Below, one piece after another: positions 10,691 to 19,605 of a stretch of DNA of 47,984 bases (positions within the stretch are counted from its first letter, which is position 1; each line of letters starts with the position of its first letter). Source of the stretch: Chthoniobacterales bacterium (GTDB taxonomy: Bacteria; Verrucomicrobiota; Verrucomicrobiia; Chthoniobacterales; JBDTJR01); assembly GCA_039935735.1 (NCBI GenBank), contig JBDTJR010000138.1, forward strand, positions 1 through 47,984. The letters are read 5' to 3'. The translations under genes were made by a program, and so were the position numbers. A model generated the notes under the pieces. That model saw only the letters and a program-made list of their open reading frames with translations, had not been told where the DNA came from and did not search any database.

Positions 10691-10818
10691 GGCTGGAAAT
10701 CTAACTCCGATATGCTCGGCAGAGTGTCCATTCTATTCTGAGTTCATTTGATTTTGAAACCTGAAAACTTGGGCTGGGAACCGGCGCCCGGCTCTGATAC
10801 GGTGCGGCCTTTCCAAAT

Positions 10819-11685
10819 ATGCCTCTTACTCTTCTTCAAATTATCATCCTGGGTCTCGTACAGGGAGCCGCGGAGTTATTGCCCGTATCAAGTTCTGCAC
10901 ACGTCATCGTGGCGGAGAAGCTCATGCGTCTCGATCCTTCGAGTCCGGAGATGACTTTCCTGCTCGTGATGTTGCACACCGGCACGATGTTTGCCGTGAT
11001 CGTTTATTTCTGGAAAGCCTGGCGCGAAAGTTATTTCTCCAGTGCCGAAGGATTTAAAAATATCTTCAAAACTGTTGTGGTGGCGACAGGTTTCACGCTG
11101 GCGCTTGGCTTTGTGCTGAAGAAAATTATTGAAAAAATATTATCCCACGGTGGAAGTAAAGGAGAGGTGGAACAGTTGTTTTCCCGGTTGCCGCTTATCG
11201 CTGCCGCTCTCGCGGCAGTGGGTGTGCTGATTATTATATCCGCGATGCGGGTAAAAAATAGGTCTGCGGGAAAATCCTCTGTTACTTTGTTTGATTCTAT
11301 TTGCATCGGCATCATGCAGGCGATCTGCCTTCCGTTTCGTGGATTTTCCCGTTCCGGTGCCACGATTTCCACAGGACTTTTGCTGGGTATTTCCAGGCGT
11401 GCCGCCGAGGAGTTCAGCTTTGCGCTGGCAGTTGTATTGACTCCTGCGGCCATCGCGCACGAAGGGCTGCGTTTAATCAAAGCGCACGTGCACATAAGTG
11501 GTCCGGGTGGACTGGCACCGCTTTTTCTTCCCGGTTTGCTGGGAATGATTTGTAGTTTTGTCTCCGGTCTTGTTGCCTTATGGTTGCTCTCCAGCTGGCT
11601 GGAAAAAGGACGCTGGGGATTCTTTGGCTACTATTGCATTATTGCCGCTGGCGTAGTATTTTGGCTGGCTAAAATGGGTTACTAA
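10819..11685 (+). CDS. uppP: undecaprenyl-diphosphatase
   Basis: 288 aa polytopic membrane protein. N-terminal LGLVQGAAELLPVSSSAHVIV matches the UppP/BacA signature (E..PISSSGH). Confidence 0.85.
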   Translation: MPLTLLQIIILGLVQGAAELLPVSSSAHVIVAEKLMRLDPSSPEMTFLLVMLHTGTMFAVIVYFWKAWRESYFSSAEGFKNIFKTVVVATGFTLALGFVLKKIIEKILSHGGSKGEVEQLFSRLPLIAAALAAVGVLIIISAMRVKNRSAGKSSVTLFDSICIGIMQAICLPFRGFSRSGATISTGLLLGISRRAAEEFSFALAVVLTPAAIAHEGLRLIKAHVHISGPGGLAPLFLPGLLGMICSFVSGLVALWLLSSWLEKGRWGFFGYYCIIAAGVVFWLAKMGY

Positions 11686-11704
11686 ACAAAGGTCTGTCTT
11701 TCCC

Positions 11705-12472
11705 ATGCAAAGACTCGTCTTGTTTTGCTTATTGGTTCTGAGCGCCACATCTTCCATGGCGGCGTGGAAAATTGACGCGCATTCCCGGAAAGCGGAATTT
11801 CCGCATGAAGCGCGCTTTATCGAAATCTCTTTCCTTAACGGCAGCAAGGTCGCACAGGCGCATGTCTTTATTTTTCCTCAGAAATACTACCGCTTTGCCA
11901 TGGTGGATAATCCCACGAAGGATTTGTCGTTAGATGCGGCCATGCTCGCTTCCGGCGCGATCGCCGGAGTAAACGGTGGCTATTTTCAAACAGATTTTTC
12001 ACCGATGGGACTGCGCATTTCAGAGGGCAAGATGCTTAATTCGATTTTAAGGGCAAAGTTGCTTTCGGGCATCCTGGTGGCTTCTACTTCAGGAAAGCCG
12101 GAAATCATTCCCAGCACGGCTTTTTCAAGTGAGAGCAATCTTAAGACGGCGATTCAGTGTGGGCCGAATATCATGCGCGCCGGAAAGCCTGTGGCGGGTT
12201 TAAATGCCGTGCGTCCTGCGCGAAGGACGATTGTCGCAACCGATGGGAAGGGCCTCTGGGCCTTGATTATCTTATCGCCGGTGACCTTGGCAGACAGCGC
12301 TGAGATGCTTGCGCTTCCAAATGTCCTTGGGAACACGTCTATAATGACTGCTTTGAACCTGGACGGTGGATCGTCCACCAGCATGTGGGTCAAGACTTCA
12401 CCGACGCCCTTTTATTTGCCCTCCTATGCAACAGTCAGGGATTATCTGACGGTATTGCCGATAGGTCATTAA
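11705..12472 (+). CDS. secreted phosphodiester glycosidase family protein (DUF2233/NAGPA-like)
   Basis: 255 aa. Signal peptide MQRLVLFCLLVLSATSSMAA. GVNGGYFQ ... GLRISEGKML ... AIQCGPNIM ... LNLDGGSS blocks resemble the DUF2233 phosphodiester glycosidase fold. Confidence 0.55.
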   Translation: MQRLVLFCLLVLSATSSMAAWKIDAHSRKAEFPHEARFIEISFLNGSKVAQAHVFIFPQKYYRFAMVDNPTKDLSLDAAMLASGAIAGVNGGYFQTDFSPMGLRISEGKMLNSILRAKLLSGILVASTSGKPEIIPSTAFSSESNLKTAIQCGPNIMRAGKPVAGLNAVRPARRTIVATDGKGLWALIILSPVTLADSAEMLALPNVLGNTSIMTALNLDGGSSTSMWVKTSPTPFYLPSYATVRDYLTVLPIGH

Positions 12473-12580
12473 CCAACCTGCGGTAATGGCAAATATTTTT
12501 GCTTCAAACGGCCTCGGATATTTTTCCTAAAACGGTGATTTCTCTGGCGGTACCCCGTATCGCGGTCTTAAAGTATAATT

Positions 12581-12925
12581 ATGCAAATTCATTTAAGTCC
12601 TCGTCACCTTCGGTTAACCGCCGCACTGCATACATATGTTGCGGGGAAGATCGAGCATTTAGAGGATCAAACCGATGAAATCGTGGCAGCGCATGTCGTG
12701 TTGCTTCACGATGAGACAAAAACCAAAAAATACACGGTCAAGGTGCATCTTGCCGTCCCAGGTCCTGATGTTCATGCAGAAGATGCCGAGCAGGATCTCT
12801 ACGTGGCAATTGATAAGGTAGTCGATAAACTTCACCAGCTTTTACGCAAGCGTAAGACCAAACGGAATCTCAATAAACGCCATCGCCTTCAGGTTCGCAC
12901 TGAACGCCAGAAGCTTGGCCGTTAA
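12581..12925 (+). CDS. hpf: ribosome hibernation promoting factor (short HPF/RaiA type)
   Basis: 114 aa. MQIHLSPRHLRLTAALHTYVAGKIEHL ... basic C-terminus, matching the HPF/YfiA family N-terminal pattern (MQLNITG.H.E.T.AL..YV..K...L). Confidence 0.8.
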   Translation: MQIHLSPRHLRLTAALHTYVAGKIEHLEDQTDEIVAAHVVLLHDETKTKKYTVKVHLAVPGPDVHAEDAEQDLYVAIDKVVDKLHQLLRKRKTKRNLNKRHRLQVRTERQKLGR

Positions 12926-12952
12926 TTATTAGTTCTCCTTTCGCCTCAACCG

Positions 12953-13687
12953 ATGGAAACTGAATACAAGGTCAAACTCGATGTCTTCGAGGGGCCTCTG
13001 GATCTCCTGCTTTATCTCATCAAGCGGGATGAAGTGGATATTTACGAAATCTCCATCGAGCGCATTACGCGCCAGTACATGGAGTATCTGGATGCTTTCC
13101 AGATGCTCAATATCGAACTCGCCGGCGAGTTTATCGTCATGGCGGCGAATCTTCTTTATATTAAAAGCCGCACGCTGCTCCCCGTGGATCAGCAGATGCC
13201 GGATGAAGAAGTCGAAGAGGATGATCCCCGCTGGGAACTGATTCGTCAGCTTATTGAGTATAAAAAATTCAAGGAAGCCGCCGAACGCCTTCGCACGCGG
13301 GAAGCCCTTTCCGAAAATCTCGTGGGTCGCGCACCGACTGCCCCTGAAATGGAACCGGATGCCGCGCTCATGGTTGGCGAAGTAGGGATTTTTGACCTCA
13401 TTCGCGCTTTTCAAAAAATTCTCAAGCGTCTGGAGACCAAGCCGGAGGATCTGCGGGAGATCTTTGAGGAAAACTACACGGTTGCTGATAAGATGGATTA
13501 CGTCCTTCGGGTTGCTACCCCGGGCGTTAGTATCCGGTTTGAGGAGCTATTCGCTGAGGCCGCCTCGCGGACAGAGATCGTGGTTACCTTCCTTGCCCTG
13601 TTGGAGCTGATCCGCCTTAAGCAACTGCGCATTGCTCAGGAAGAGGTCTTTGGGGAAATTCTGGTGACGCGGGTTGAGGATCAGTGA
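12953..13687 (+). CDS. scpA: segregation and condensation protein A
   Basis: 244 aa. KVKLDVFEGPLDLLLYLIKRDEVDIYEISIERITRQYMEYL is the canonical ScpA N-terminus. Confidence 0.9.
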   Translation: METEYKVKLDVFEGPLDLLLYLIKRDEVDIYEISIERITRQYMEYLDAFQMLNIELAGEFIVMAANLLYIKSRTLLPVDQQMPDEEVEEDDPRWELIRQLIEYKKFKEAAERLRTREALSENLVGRAPTAPEMEPDAALMVGEVGIFDLIRAFQKILKRLETKPEDLREIFEENYTVADKMDYVLRVATPGVSIRFEELFAEAASRTEIVVTFLALLELIRLKQLRIAQEEVFGEILVTRVEDQ

Positions 13688-13710
13688 CAAAAGGCCCTCT
13701 TTAGCCCATT

Positions 13711-13737
13711 AATTCTGTCAATTCTGTAAATTCTGTC
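13711..13737. repeat. 3 x 9 bp perfect/near-perfect tandem repeat (AATTCTGTC AATTCTGTA AATTCTGTC) in scpA-scpB intergenic spacer
   Basis: Read directly at 13711-13737. Confidence 0.8.
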
Positions 13738-13754
13738 TAAAAAGACCCTATTCT

Positions 13755-14627
13755 ATGGTCAGTTTGAAACAAATCCTTGAGTCAATCCTGTTTTGCTCAA
13801 ATAAGCCTCTGCCGATAAAGGCAATCCAGGCCGTTTTTAAGTCTACGGCTGAGGCTGCAAAGGAAGAGGATACCGCGCCTGCCGAATTTGCGAAGGTCAA
13901 GGAACCACAGCTCATCGAAACGCTGGAAGCCCTTCAAAAGGAATATGCCGAAAGCGAACGCGGCATTACCTTAATGGAAAATGCCGGAGGCTGGCAGCTT
14001 GTCACCCATCCCGAATGCGGCCCATGGGCGCGTCAGCTTTTCCCGGAGTTAAAGCCCGCTCGCTTGAGTGGGCCCGCTTTGGAGACCTTGGCGATTATCG
14101 CTTACCGTCAGCCCATTACTCGCGCCGATCTCGAAGCCGTTCGTGGCGTCGCGGTCGATGGTGTCATGCAGACGCTGCTGGATCGTGGTCTGGTTAAAAT
14201 TTCAGGTCGTGCGGAAGTTCCCGGACGTCCGTTGCTTTACGAAACCACGCAATTTTTCATGGAGCATTTCAATCTTCGAAATCTGGATGAGTTGCCGGAT
14301 GCGCACGAGTTGCGCACCATTCCATTACCAAAGGCTCCTGTTGTCGGAGAAAATGGCGAAGTTGTTGCCACGGAAGAGCCGCATCAGCCTCATCTTTTGG
14401 AAGGTGAAGACGCCACACCGCCGGAAACCTCCGAAGAAGCCGCAACGGAACGCGAGCATCACGCGCATGAAGAGCCAGCAGCAGCAGAGGCAGAAGCCAC
14501 GGAACCTGTGGAGGAAACTCCAGAAGCCTCCGAACTCTCCGAGTCGGAGGAGTTGCCTGATGATTCTCCCGAAGCACCTGAAGAGGTAGCTGAGGAAGAA
14601 GAGACATCCAAAAAAACTGATGAGTGA
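13755..14627 (+). CDS. scpB: segregation and condensation protein B with unusual acidic E/P-rich C-terminal extension
   Basis: 290 aa. ILESILFCSNKPL, LETLAIIAYRQPITRADLEAVRGV and SGRAEVPGRPLLYETT are winged-helix ScpB blocks. The roughly 95 C-terminal residues are low-complexity acidic (EEPAAAEAEATEPVEETPEASELSESEELPDDSPEAPEEVAEEEE). Confidence 0.85.
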   Translation: MVSLKQILESILFCSNKPLPIKAIQAVFKSTAEAAKEEDTAPAEFAKVKEPQLIETLEALQKEYAESERGITLMENAGGWQLVTHPECGPWARQLFPELKPARLSGPALETLAIIAYRQPITRADLEAVRGVAVDGVMQTLLDRGLVKISGRAEVPGRPLLYETTQFFMEHFNLRNLDELPDAHELRTIPLPKAPVVGENGEVVATEEPHQPHLLEGEDATPPETSEEAATEREHHAHEEPAAAEAEATEPVEETPEASELSESEELPDDSPEAPEEVAEEEETSKKTDE

Positions 14628-15444
14628 TCTCACGGAGTTGCGACGAAAGATTGATGAGATCGACAGCACGTTGATCGATCTTCTCAATCAACGCGCAGCC
14701 CTCGCTCTGGAAGTCGGTAAAATCAAGCAAACCACCGGTGTGCCCGTATACGCCCCGGCGCGTGAAGATCAGCTTTTGCGGGGACTGGTGAAAAAAAACA
14801 AAGGCCCGCTTACTCCCGAGGCGATCCACGCCATTTACCGGGAAATCATGTCTGCTTCGCTTTCTCTGGAAACCGATCTGGTCATTGCCTGTCTTGGACC
14901 GGAAACGGGGATTACCCGCCAGGCCGCGCAGCAAAAATTCGGCTCCAGCGTCCGTTATGTTTTTCTCCCGGAGATTTCAGATGTCCTGACAAGCGTTGAG
15001 AAATCGAAGGCGCATTATGCCGTTGTTCCTATCGAGACTTCGCTTGAGAAACCTGTCCGTTCGACTCTCGACAGCTTGCTCGAGCAGAAGCTTTTCATTG
15101 TGGCCCAGGTTCTGCTGAGGAATTCCGCCGATGGCAAACCTGCCGGACGCTTCTTTATCGTGGGTCGCAAGTTGAACCCACCATCAGAGAGTGATCAGAC
15201 CAGTCTTTGCATCCGCCTGCATAATCAACCCGGGGCTCTTGTTTCGGCGCTGGCTCCGCTTTCCGATTCCGGCATCAATCTCGTCCAGATTCTAAGTTGG
15301 CAGGATGATACCGGAAAACCTGCCGAATGTTTCTATCTCGAAATTCAGGGCCACGCAGAAGATTCAGCCATCCATAAGACGATTGAGACGCTTCGCGTCC
15401 GGTGCGACTTTTTAAAGGTGCTCGGAAGCTATCCGAAGGCCTAG
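14620..15444 (+). CDS. pheA: bifunctional chorismate mutase / prephenate dehydratase (compact, with ACT-like C-terminus)
   Basis: 274 aa. N-terminal chorismate mutase helix (LRRKIDEIDSTLIDLLNQRAALALEVGKIK), a PDT-like block (LGPETGITRQAAQQKFG ... YAVVPIETSLE), and an ACT-like tail (TSLCIRLHNQPGALVSALAPLSDSGINLVQI). Overlaps the scpB stop by 8 bp. Confidence 0.7.
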   Translation: MSDLTELRRKIDEIDSTLIDLLNQRAALALEVGKIKQTTGVPVYAPAREDQLLRGLVKKNKGPLTPEAIHAIYREIMSASLSLETDLVIACLGPETGITRQAAQQKFGSSVRYVFLPEISDVLTSVEKSKAHYAVVPIETSLEKPVRSTLDSLLEQKLFIVAQVLLRNSADGKPAGRFFIVGRKLNPPSESDQTSLCIRLHNQPGALVSALAPLSDSGINLVQILSWQDDTGKPAECFYLEIQGHAEDSAIHKTIETLRVRCDFLKVLGSYPKA

Positions 15445-15492
15445 CCTCGGAAGCTCATCACCCACTGGTAATTTTTTCCAGTATCTGGTCTA

Positions 15493-18159
15493 TTGGTTTT
15501 AGTCATGCTTGAGGCCCCGATAGGAACGATCACTTTTCTCTTCACGGATATCGTGGGGAGCACCAAGCTTTGGGAGCGCCATCCCACTCGCATGGGTGCG
15601 GTGATTGCGCAGCATGATGCGCTCATGCGGGCGATTTTTGCTACGTGGAATGGCTACGTTTTTAAAACCGTGGGCGATTCATTCTGCGTCGCATTTGAAA
15701 CCGTGCGCGACGCCGTTTTTGCCGCAAGGGAATTGCAGCGTATTCTCGAAGCCGAAGATTGGGGAGAGATTGAAGTCCTCAAAGTTCGCATGGGTATTCA
15801 TACGGGCGCAGCGGAACTTCGCGATAATGATTATTTCGGCGGCACCCTAAATCGCGTGGCGCGTATCGAATCCGCTGCTCATGGCGGGCAGATCATACTT
15901 TCGCAGATTGCCATGGAACTTGTCAGCGATGAAGACATGGACGGCATGCGATTCAAATCGCTTGGCGAGCATCGACTGCGAAATCTTGAGCGCCCCGAAC
16001 ATTTGTTCCAGGTTCTTTCGGAAGGTTTAGTTCCGGATTTTCCGCCACCGCGCAGCATGGAGGTCCTGCCGAACAATCTTCCTGTGCAGACTACGAGTTT
16101 CATCGGGCGCGAGCAGGAGCTCGAAGGTATTCGGCGGGCGCTGGAGGGAACACATCTCCTTACCTTGACAGGTACCGGTGGCACCGGTAAGACGCGACTT
16201 GCGCTGGAAGTTGCTGCTTCCATGATCACGGAGTTTCGCGACGGTGTTTGGCTTGTCGAGCTTGCGCCTATTACGGATGCATCCCGTATTCCCGAAGTCG
16301 TTGCCAGCACTATCGGCGTGCGTGAAGAGCCGGGGCTTACGCTTCAGGAAACGCTCGTCAGCTTTTTCCGCAGCAAAGACATTCTTGTCATTCTCGATAA
16401 TTGCGAACACCTCCTGCCGCAATGCGCGATCTGGGCCGCAGAGTGGCTTCGCAATAGTCCTCAGCTAAAAATTCTGGCAGCCAGTCGGCACTCATTGGGT
16501 GTTTCCGGAGAAACGACTTTCCCTGTGCCGCCTTTAAAAATTCTCGATGTACGCCTGCATGATTTTGTAGGCGACGACATTGCGGAACGCCTTTCTCAAT
16601 ACGATGCGGTCAAGCTCTTCATTGCACGCGCGGTTACGGTAAATCCCGGCTTTCAGGTTACGAATGCAAATGCTCCTGCGGTCGCTGAGATCTGTATGCG
16701 TCTGGATGGTATTCCTTTAGCCATTGAACTTGCCGCCGCTCGCATTCGTCTGCTCTCACCGGAGCAGATCGCCGACCGTCTTGGAGATCAATTCCGGCTT
16801 TTACGCGGCGGAAATCGCGGCGGTCTTCCGCATCAGCAGACTCTTCAGGCCCTTATCGACTGGAGTTATGATCTTCTTTCGGAAACCGAACGTATTCTGT
16901 TCCGGCGTCTGGGAGTTTTTGTCGTGGGCCGTAATCTCGAAGCGGTGGAAGTTATTTGTGTGGGAGGTGGAGTGGATGAACTTGATGTTCTCGATCTTCT
17001 TCAGCAACTCGTGGATAAGTCTCTCGTCAATGTGGAGTATGATGCGGGACAAAATCCCCGTTACACGCTTACCGAGTCCGTCTGGCAGTACGCACGTCAG
17101 AAGCTGGACGCTTCCGGAGAAGGCGATGTCATTCGCAATCGTCATCTTGATTACTTTCTTGAGCTTAGTGAAAAGTATGCCCCGCTTTTAGAAGGTCCGA
17201 ATCAAAAGGAATATCTCGATCGTGTGACCTATGATCGCTTTAACTTCCGGTTCGCCGGGGAGTGGTCGCTTAAAAGCGAACGTATTGAAGACGGGTTTCG
17301 TCTGCTCGCTGCGCTGCATCGCCTGGTGGAGGTTCGTGGAAATATCGAGCTTATCCAAAAGCTGATGGAGTCTCTGCTTGCGCATCCTGCCGGGCAGTTG
17401 CCCACGCTTTATCGCGCTCGTGCGCTTGAAGTAGCTGGCCGTCTTTCCTGGGCTCAGGATCATTATGCTACAGCCCGTAAATACTATATAGAGGCCAAAG
17501 AGCTTTACGAGTCTCTCAAGGAAGTGAAACTCGCAGCCGTTACCGATGTTTTTTTGGCTTTCATTGATCGTGGCGATGAGGATTTCGACACTGCGGAAAC
17601 ACGTTTCAAGCAATCGCTCGAAGTTGGTGAAAAATTCCACATGGATAAATTGCGAGCCATCGCATTAAGCGGGCTTGGCGGCATAGCCAATGATCGCGGT
17701 GATGCCAAAGCGGGGCTGCAAATGAAAGAGGAAAGCCTCGCCATCTATCGCAAGCTCGGGGATCAGTGGATTATGGGTTATATCCTCTGGGGTGTTGCCA
17801 GGTCATCGCTTGCGGTGGGAAATGTAGAGCATGCGGTGGAAGCAGCTACGGAGTGGGCGCTTATCACTCAGAATTTTGGCAATAAGTGGTCGATTCCTCA
17901 TGTGGCGGAAATTTTCGCGGTCATTGCGCTTGCTCAGAAAAAATTCGAGCGTGCCTCGACTCTTTTTGGGGCCGCAGAAGCGTTGCGCACTCGATATGTC
18001 ACAGTGTTTTCGCCCAGTGAATCGACCGAGTATGACGCGATCATCGCTCAACTCCGCGCCTCCATGGAGCCGGAAAAGCTTAATGAGGCATGGCAATCCG
18101 GGCGTGAGCTTTCGCCAGCCGCCACCTTTGAACTGGCGGTACAAAACGACGCGAAGTGA
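15493..18159 (+). CDS. class III adenylate/guanylate cyclase domain fused to STAND (NB-ARC-like) P-loop NTPase and C-terminal TPR repeats
   Basis: 888 aa. Cyclase domain at about aa 10-190 with metal-binding Asp (FTDIVGST, KTVGDSF), an adenine-specifying Lys candidate (FKTVGD) and transition-state N/R (LNRVARIES). Then FIGREQEL followed by the Walker A motif GTGGTGKT (aa 227-234) and Walker B ILVILDNCEH. The C-terminal roughly 330 aa are helical and TPR-like. No HTH output domain is evident. Confidence 0.8.
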   Translation: MVLVMLEAPIGTITFLFTDIVGSTKLWERHPTRMGAVIAQHDALMRAIFATWNGYVFKTVGDSFCVAFETVRDAVFAARELQRILEAEDWGEIEVLKVRMGIHTGAAELRDNDYFGGTLNRVARIESAAHGGQIILSQIAMELVSDEDMDGMRFKSLGEHRLRNLERPEHLFQVLSEGLVPDFPPPRSMEVLPNNLPVQTTSFIGREQELEGIRRALEGTHLLTLTGTGGTGKTRLALEVAASMITEFRDGVWLVELAPITDASRIPEVVASTIGVREEPGLTLQETLVSFFRSKDILVILDNCEHLLPQCAIWAAEWLRNSPQLKILAASRHSLGVSGETTFPVPPLKILDVRLHDFVGDDIAERLSQYDAVKLFIARAVTVNPGFQVTNANAPAVAEICMRLDGIPLAIELAAARIRLLSPEQIADRLGDQFRLLRGGNRGGLPHQQTLQALIDWSYDLLSETERILFRRLGVFVVGRNLEAVEVICVGGGVDELDVLDLLQQLVDKSLVNVEYDAGQNPRYTLTESVWQYARQKLDASGEGDVIRNRHLDYFLELSEKYAPLLEGPNQKEYLDRVTYDRFNFRFAGEWSLKSERIEDGFRLLAALHRLVEVRGNIELIQKLMESLLAHPAGQLPTLYRARALEVAGRLSWAQDHYATARKYYIEAKELYESLKEVKLAAVTDVFLAFIDRGDEDFDTAETRFKQSLEVGEKFHMDKLRAIALSGLGGIANDRGDAKAGLQMKEESLAIYRKLGDQWIMGYILWGVARSSLAVGNVEHAVEAATEWALITQNFGNKWSIPHVAEIFAVIALAQKKFERASTLFGAAEALRTRYVTVFSPSESTEYDAIIAQLRASMEPEKLNEAWQSGRELSPAATFELAVQNDAK

Positions 18160-18195
18160 TCGTTTGATCACTCCGCGTTCGCTAAAAAACTTCTT

Positions 18196-19572
18196 TTAGA
18201 TGTGAATCGCTTTTCCGTAAGCCTGTTCGACGGCTTCGTGAATCGCTTCGGTCAATGTCGGATGCGCATGGATCGTTTGTGCGATCTCGTCATGCGTGGC
18301 TTCGAGCGTAATCGCCAAGCCCATCTCAGCGATCATCTCGGTCGCTTCAGGCCCAATGATATGCGCGCCGAGAACTTCGCCGTGTTCATCGCCTAAGATC
18401 AATTTCACAAAGCCTTCCATTTCGCCGATGGCGCGCGCCTTGCCGCTTGCGAGGAACGGGAATTTTCCGACTTTGTATTTGATGCCCTTTTCCTTCGCCG
18501 CGCGTTCGGTGAGACCGACGCTCGCGACCTGAGGCTGGCAATAGGTGCAACCGGGGAAAGTCGAAACCTTCTTTGGTTTTGCTCCGGGAACAAACATGCC
18601 TTCAACAGCCTGAATAGCTTCGTAACTTGCAACGTGCGCGAGCCATGGTGGCCCAATGATGTCGCCCGCTGCGTAAACACCTTTCACACTGGTTTCATAG
18701 CGGTCATTCGTTTTGATCGATCCGCGATCCAGTTCAAGTTTCAGTCCACCGGGTAGTACGGGCACGACGCCGATGGCGACAAGACAAACATCCGCTTCAA
18801 TCGTTTCGTTCTTTTTGCCTTCGACGGTGATTTTGACACCCTTGTCTGTAGCTTCTGCGGCTGTAACTTTGGTGCCTGTCAGGAGCGTGATGCCCTGTTT
18901 TGTAAAAGATTTTTCCAGTGTCTGGGAAACTTCCGTGTCTTCGACGGGAAGGATATTCGGCAGCATTTCGACAACCGTTACTTTCGTGCCGAAAGCATTA
19001 AAGAAATAAGCGAACTCGACGCCGATTGCGCCGGCACCGATCACGATGAGGCTCTTGGGTTGCTGATGAATCACCATCGCTTCCTTGCTGCTGATGACAG
19101 TCGTTCCATTAAAGGGAAGATTCGGCATCGGGCGGCTTAGGCATCCGGTGGAAACAAGAATGTTTTTGCCTTCGATTGTCTGTTTCTTGCCGTCTTTGTC
19201 GGTGACTTCAACAGTTCCGGCCTTTACGACGGTGGCTTCGCCGAGCACGTAATCGACTTTGTTTTTCTTAAAGAGAAATTCGATGCCTGCGGCATTTTTG
19301 TCAGAAACATTGCGCGAGCGCTGGACGATCTTGTCCCACTCGAAGCTGAGATTATCAAACTTCATGCCAAACTCCGCGGCATGTTTCGACATGATCTGAT
19401 AAAGCTCTGCATTACGAAGAAGGGACTTCGTCGGGATGCAGCCCCAGTTCAGACAGGTTCCACCGGCGCGTTCTTTTTCCACGCACACGACTTTTTTTCC
19501 GAGTTGCGCGGCGCGGATTGCGCCAACGTATCCGGCAGGGCCGCCGCCAATGACAATCAGATCGTAAGACAT
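18196..19572 (-). CDS. lpdA: dihydrolipoyl dehydrogenase (E3)
   Basis: 458 aa. MSYDLIVIGGGPAGYVGAIRAAQLG ... GGTCLNWGCIPTK redox-active disulfide motif, NAD-binding GAGAIGVE, and C-terminal HAHPTLTE dimerisation motif. Confidence 0.95.
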   Translation of the reverse strand: MSYDLIVIGGGPAGYVGAIRAAQLGKKVVCVEKERAGGTCLNWGCIPTKSLLRNAELYQIMSKHAAEFGMKFDNLSFEWDKIVQRSRNVSDKNAAGIEFLFKKNKVDYVLGEATVVKAGTVEVTDKDGKKQTIEGKNILVSTGCLSRPMPNLPFNGTTVISSKEAMVIHQQPKSLIVIGAGAIGVEFAYFFNAFGTKVTVVEMLPNILPVEDTEVSQTLEKSFTKQGITLLTGTKVTAAEATDKGVKITVEGKKNETIEADVCLVAIGVVPVLPGGLKLELDRGSIKTNDRYETSVKGVYAAGDIIGPPWLAHVASYEAIQAVEGMFVPGAKPKKVSTFPGCTYCQPQVASVGLTERAAKEKGIKYKVGKFPFLASGKARAIGEMEGFVKLILGDEHGEVLGAHIIGPEATEMIAEMGLAITLEATHDEIAQTIHAHPTLTEAIHEAVEQAYGKAIHI

Positions 19573-19605
19573 AAATTTTAAATAAGGTGCAGGTTACGAA
19601 ACAGG

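Noticed and set aside
12487-12504. Sigma-54-like element TGGCA-N-TTGCT upstream of hpf (hpf is RpoN-linked in some bacteria)
   Set aside because: GG-to-GC spacing is 11 nt rather than the strict 10, so it is unlikely to be functional.
12574-12579. Perfect TATAAT hexamer 1 nt upstream of the hpf ATG
   Set aside because: It is too close to serve as a -10 for this start. The HPF N-terminus is canonical at this ATG, so the match is probably coincidental.
14269-14934. 221 aa minus-strand ORF across the scpB/pheA junction
   Set aside because: It is antisense to two well-supported genes. No family features.
18156-18171. Short hairpin GTGATC-GTTT-GATCAC between the converging cyclase-STAND gene and lpdA
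   Set aside because: It is only a 6 bp stem with no adjacent U-tract on either strand. Weak as a terminator.
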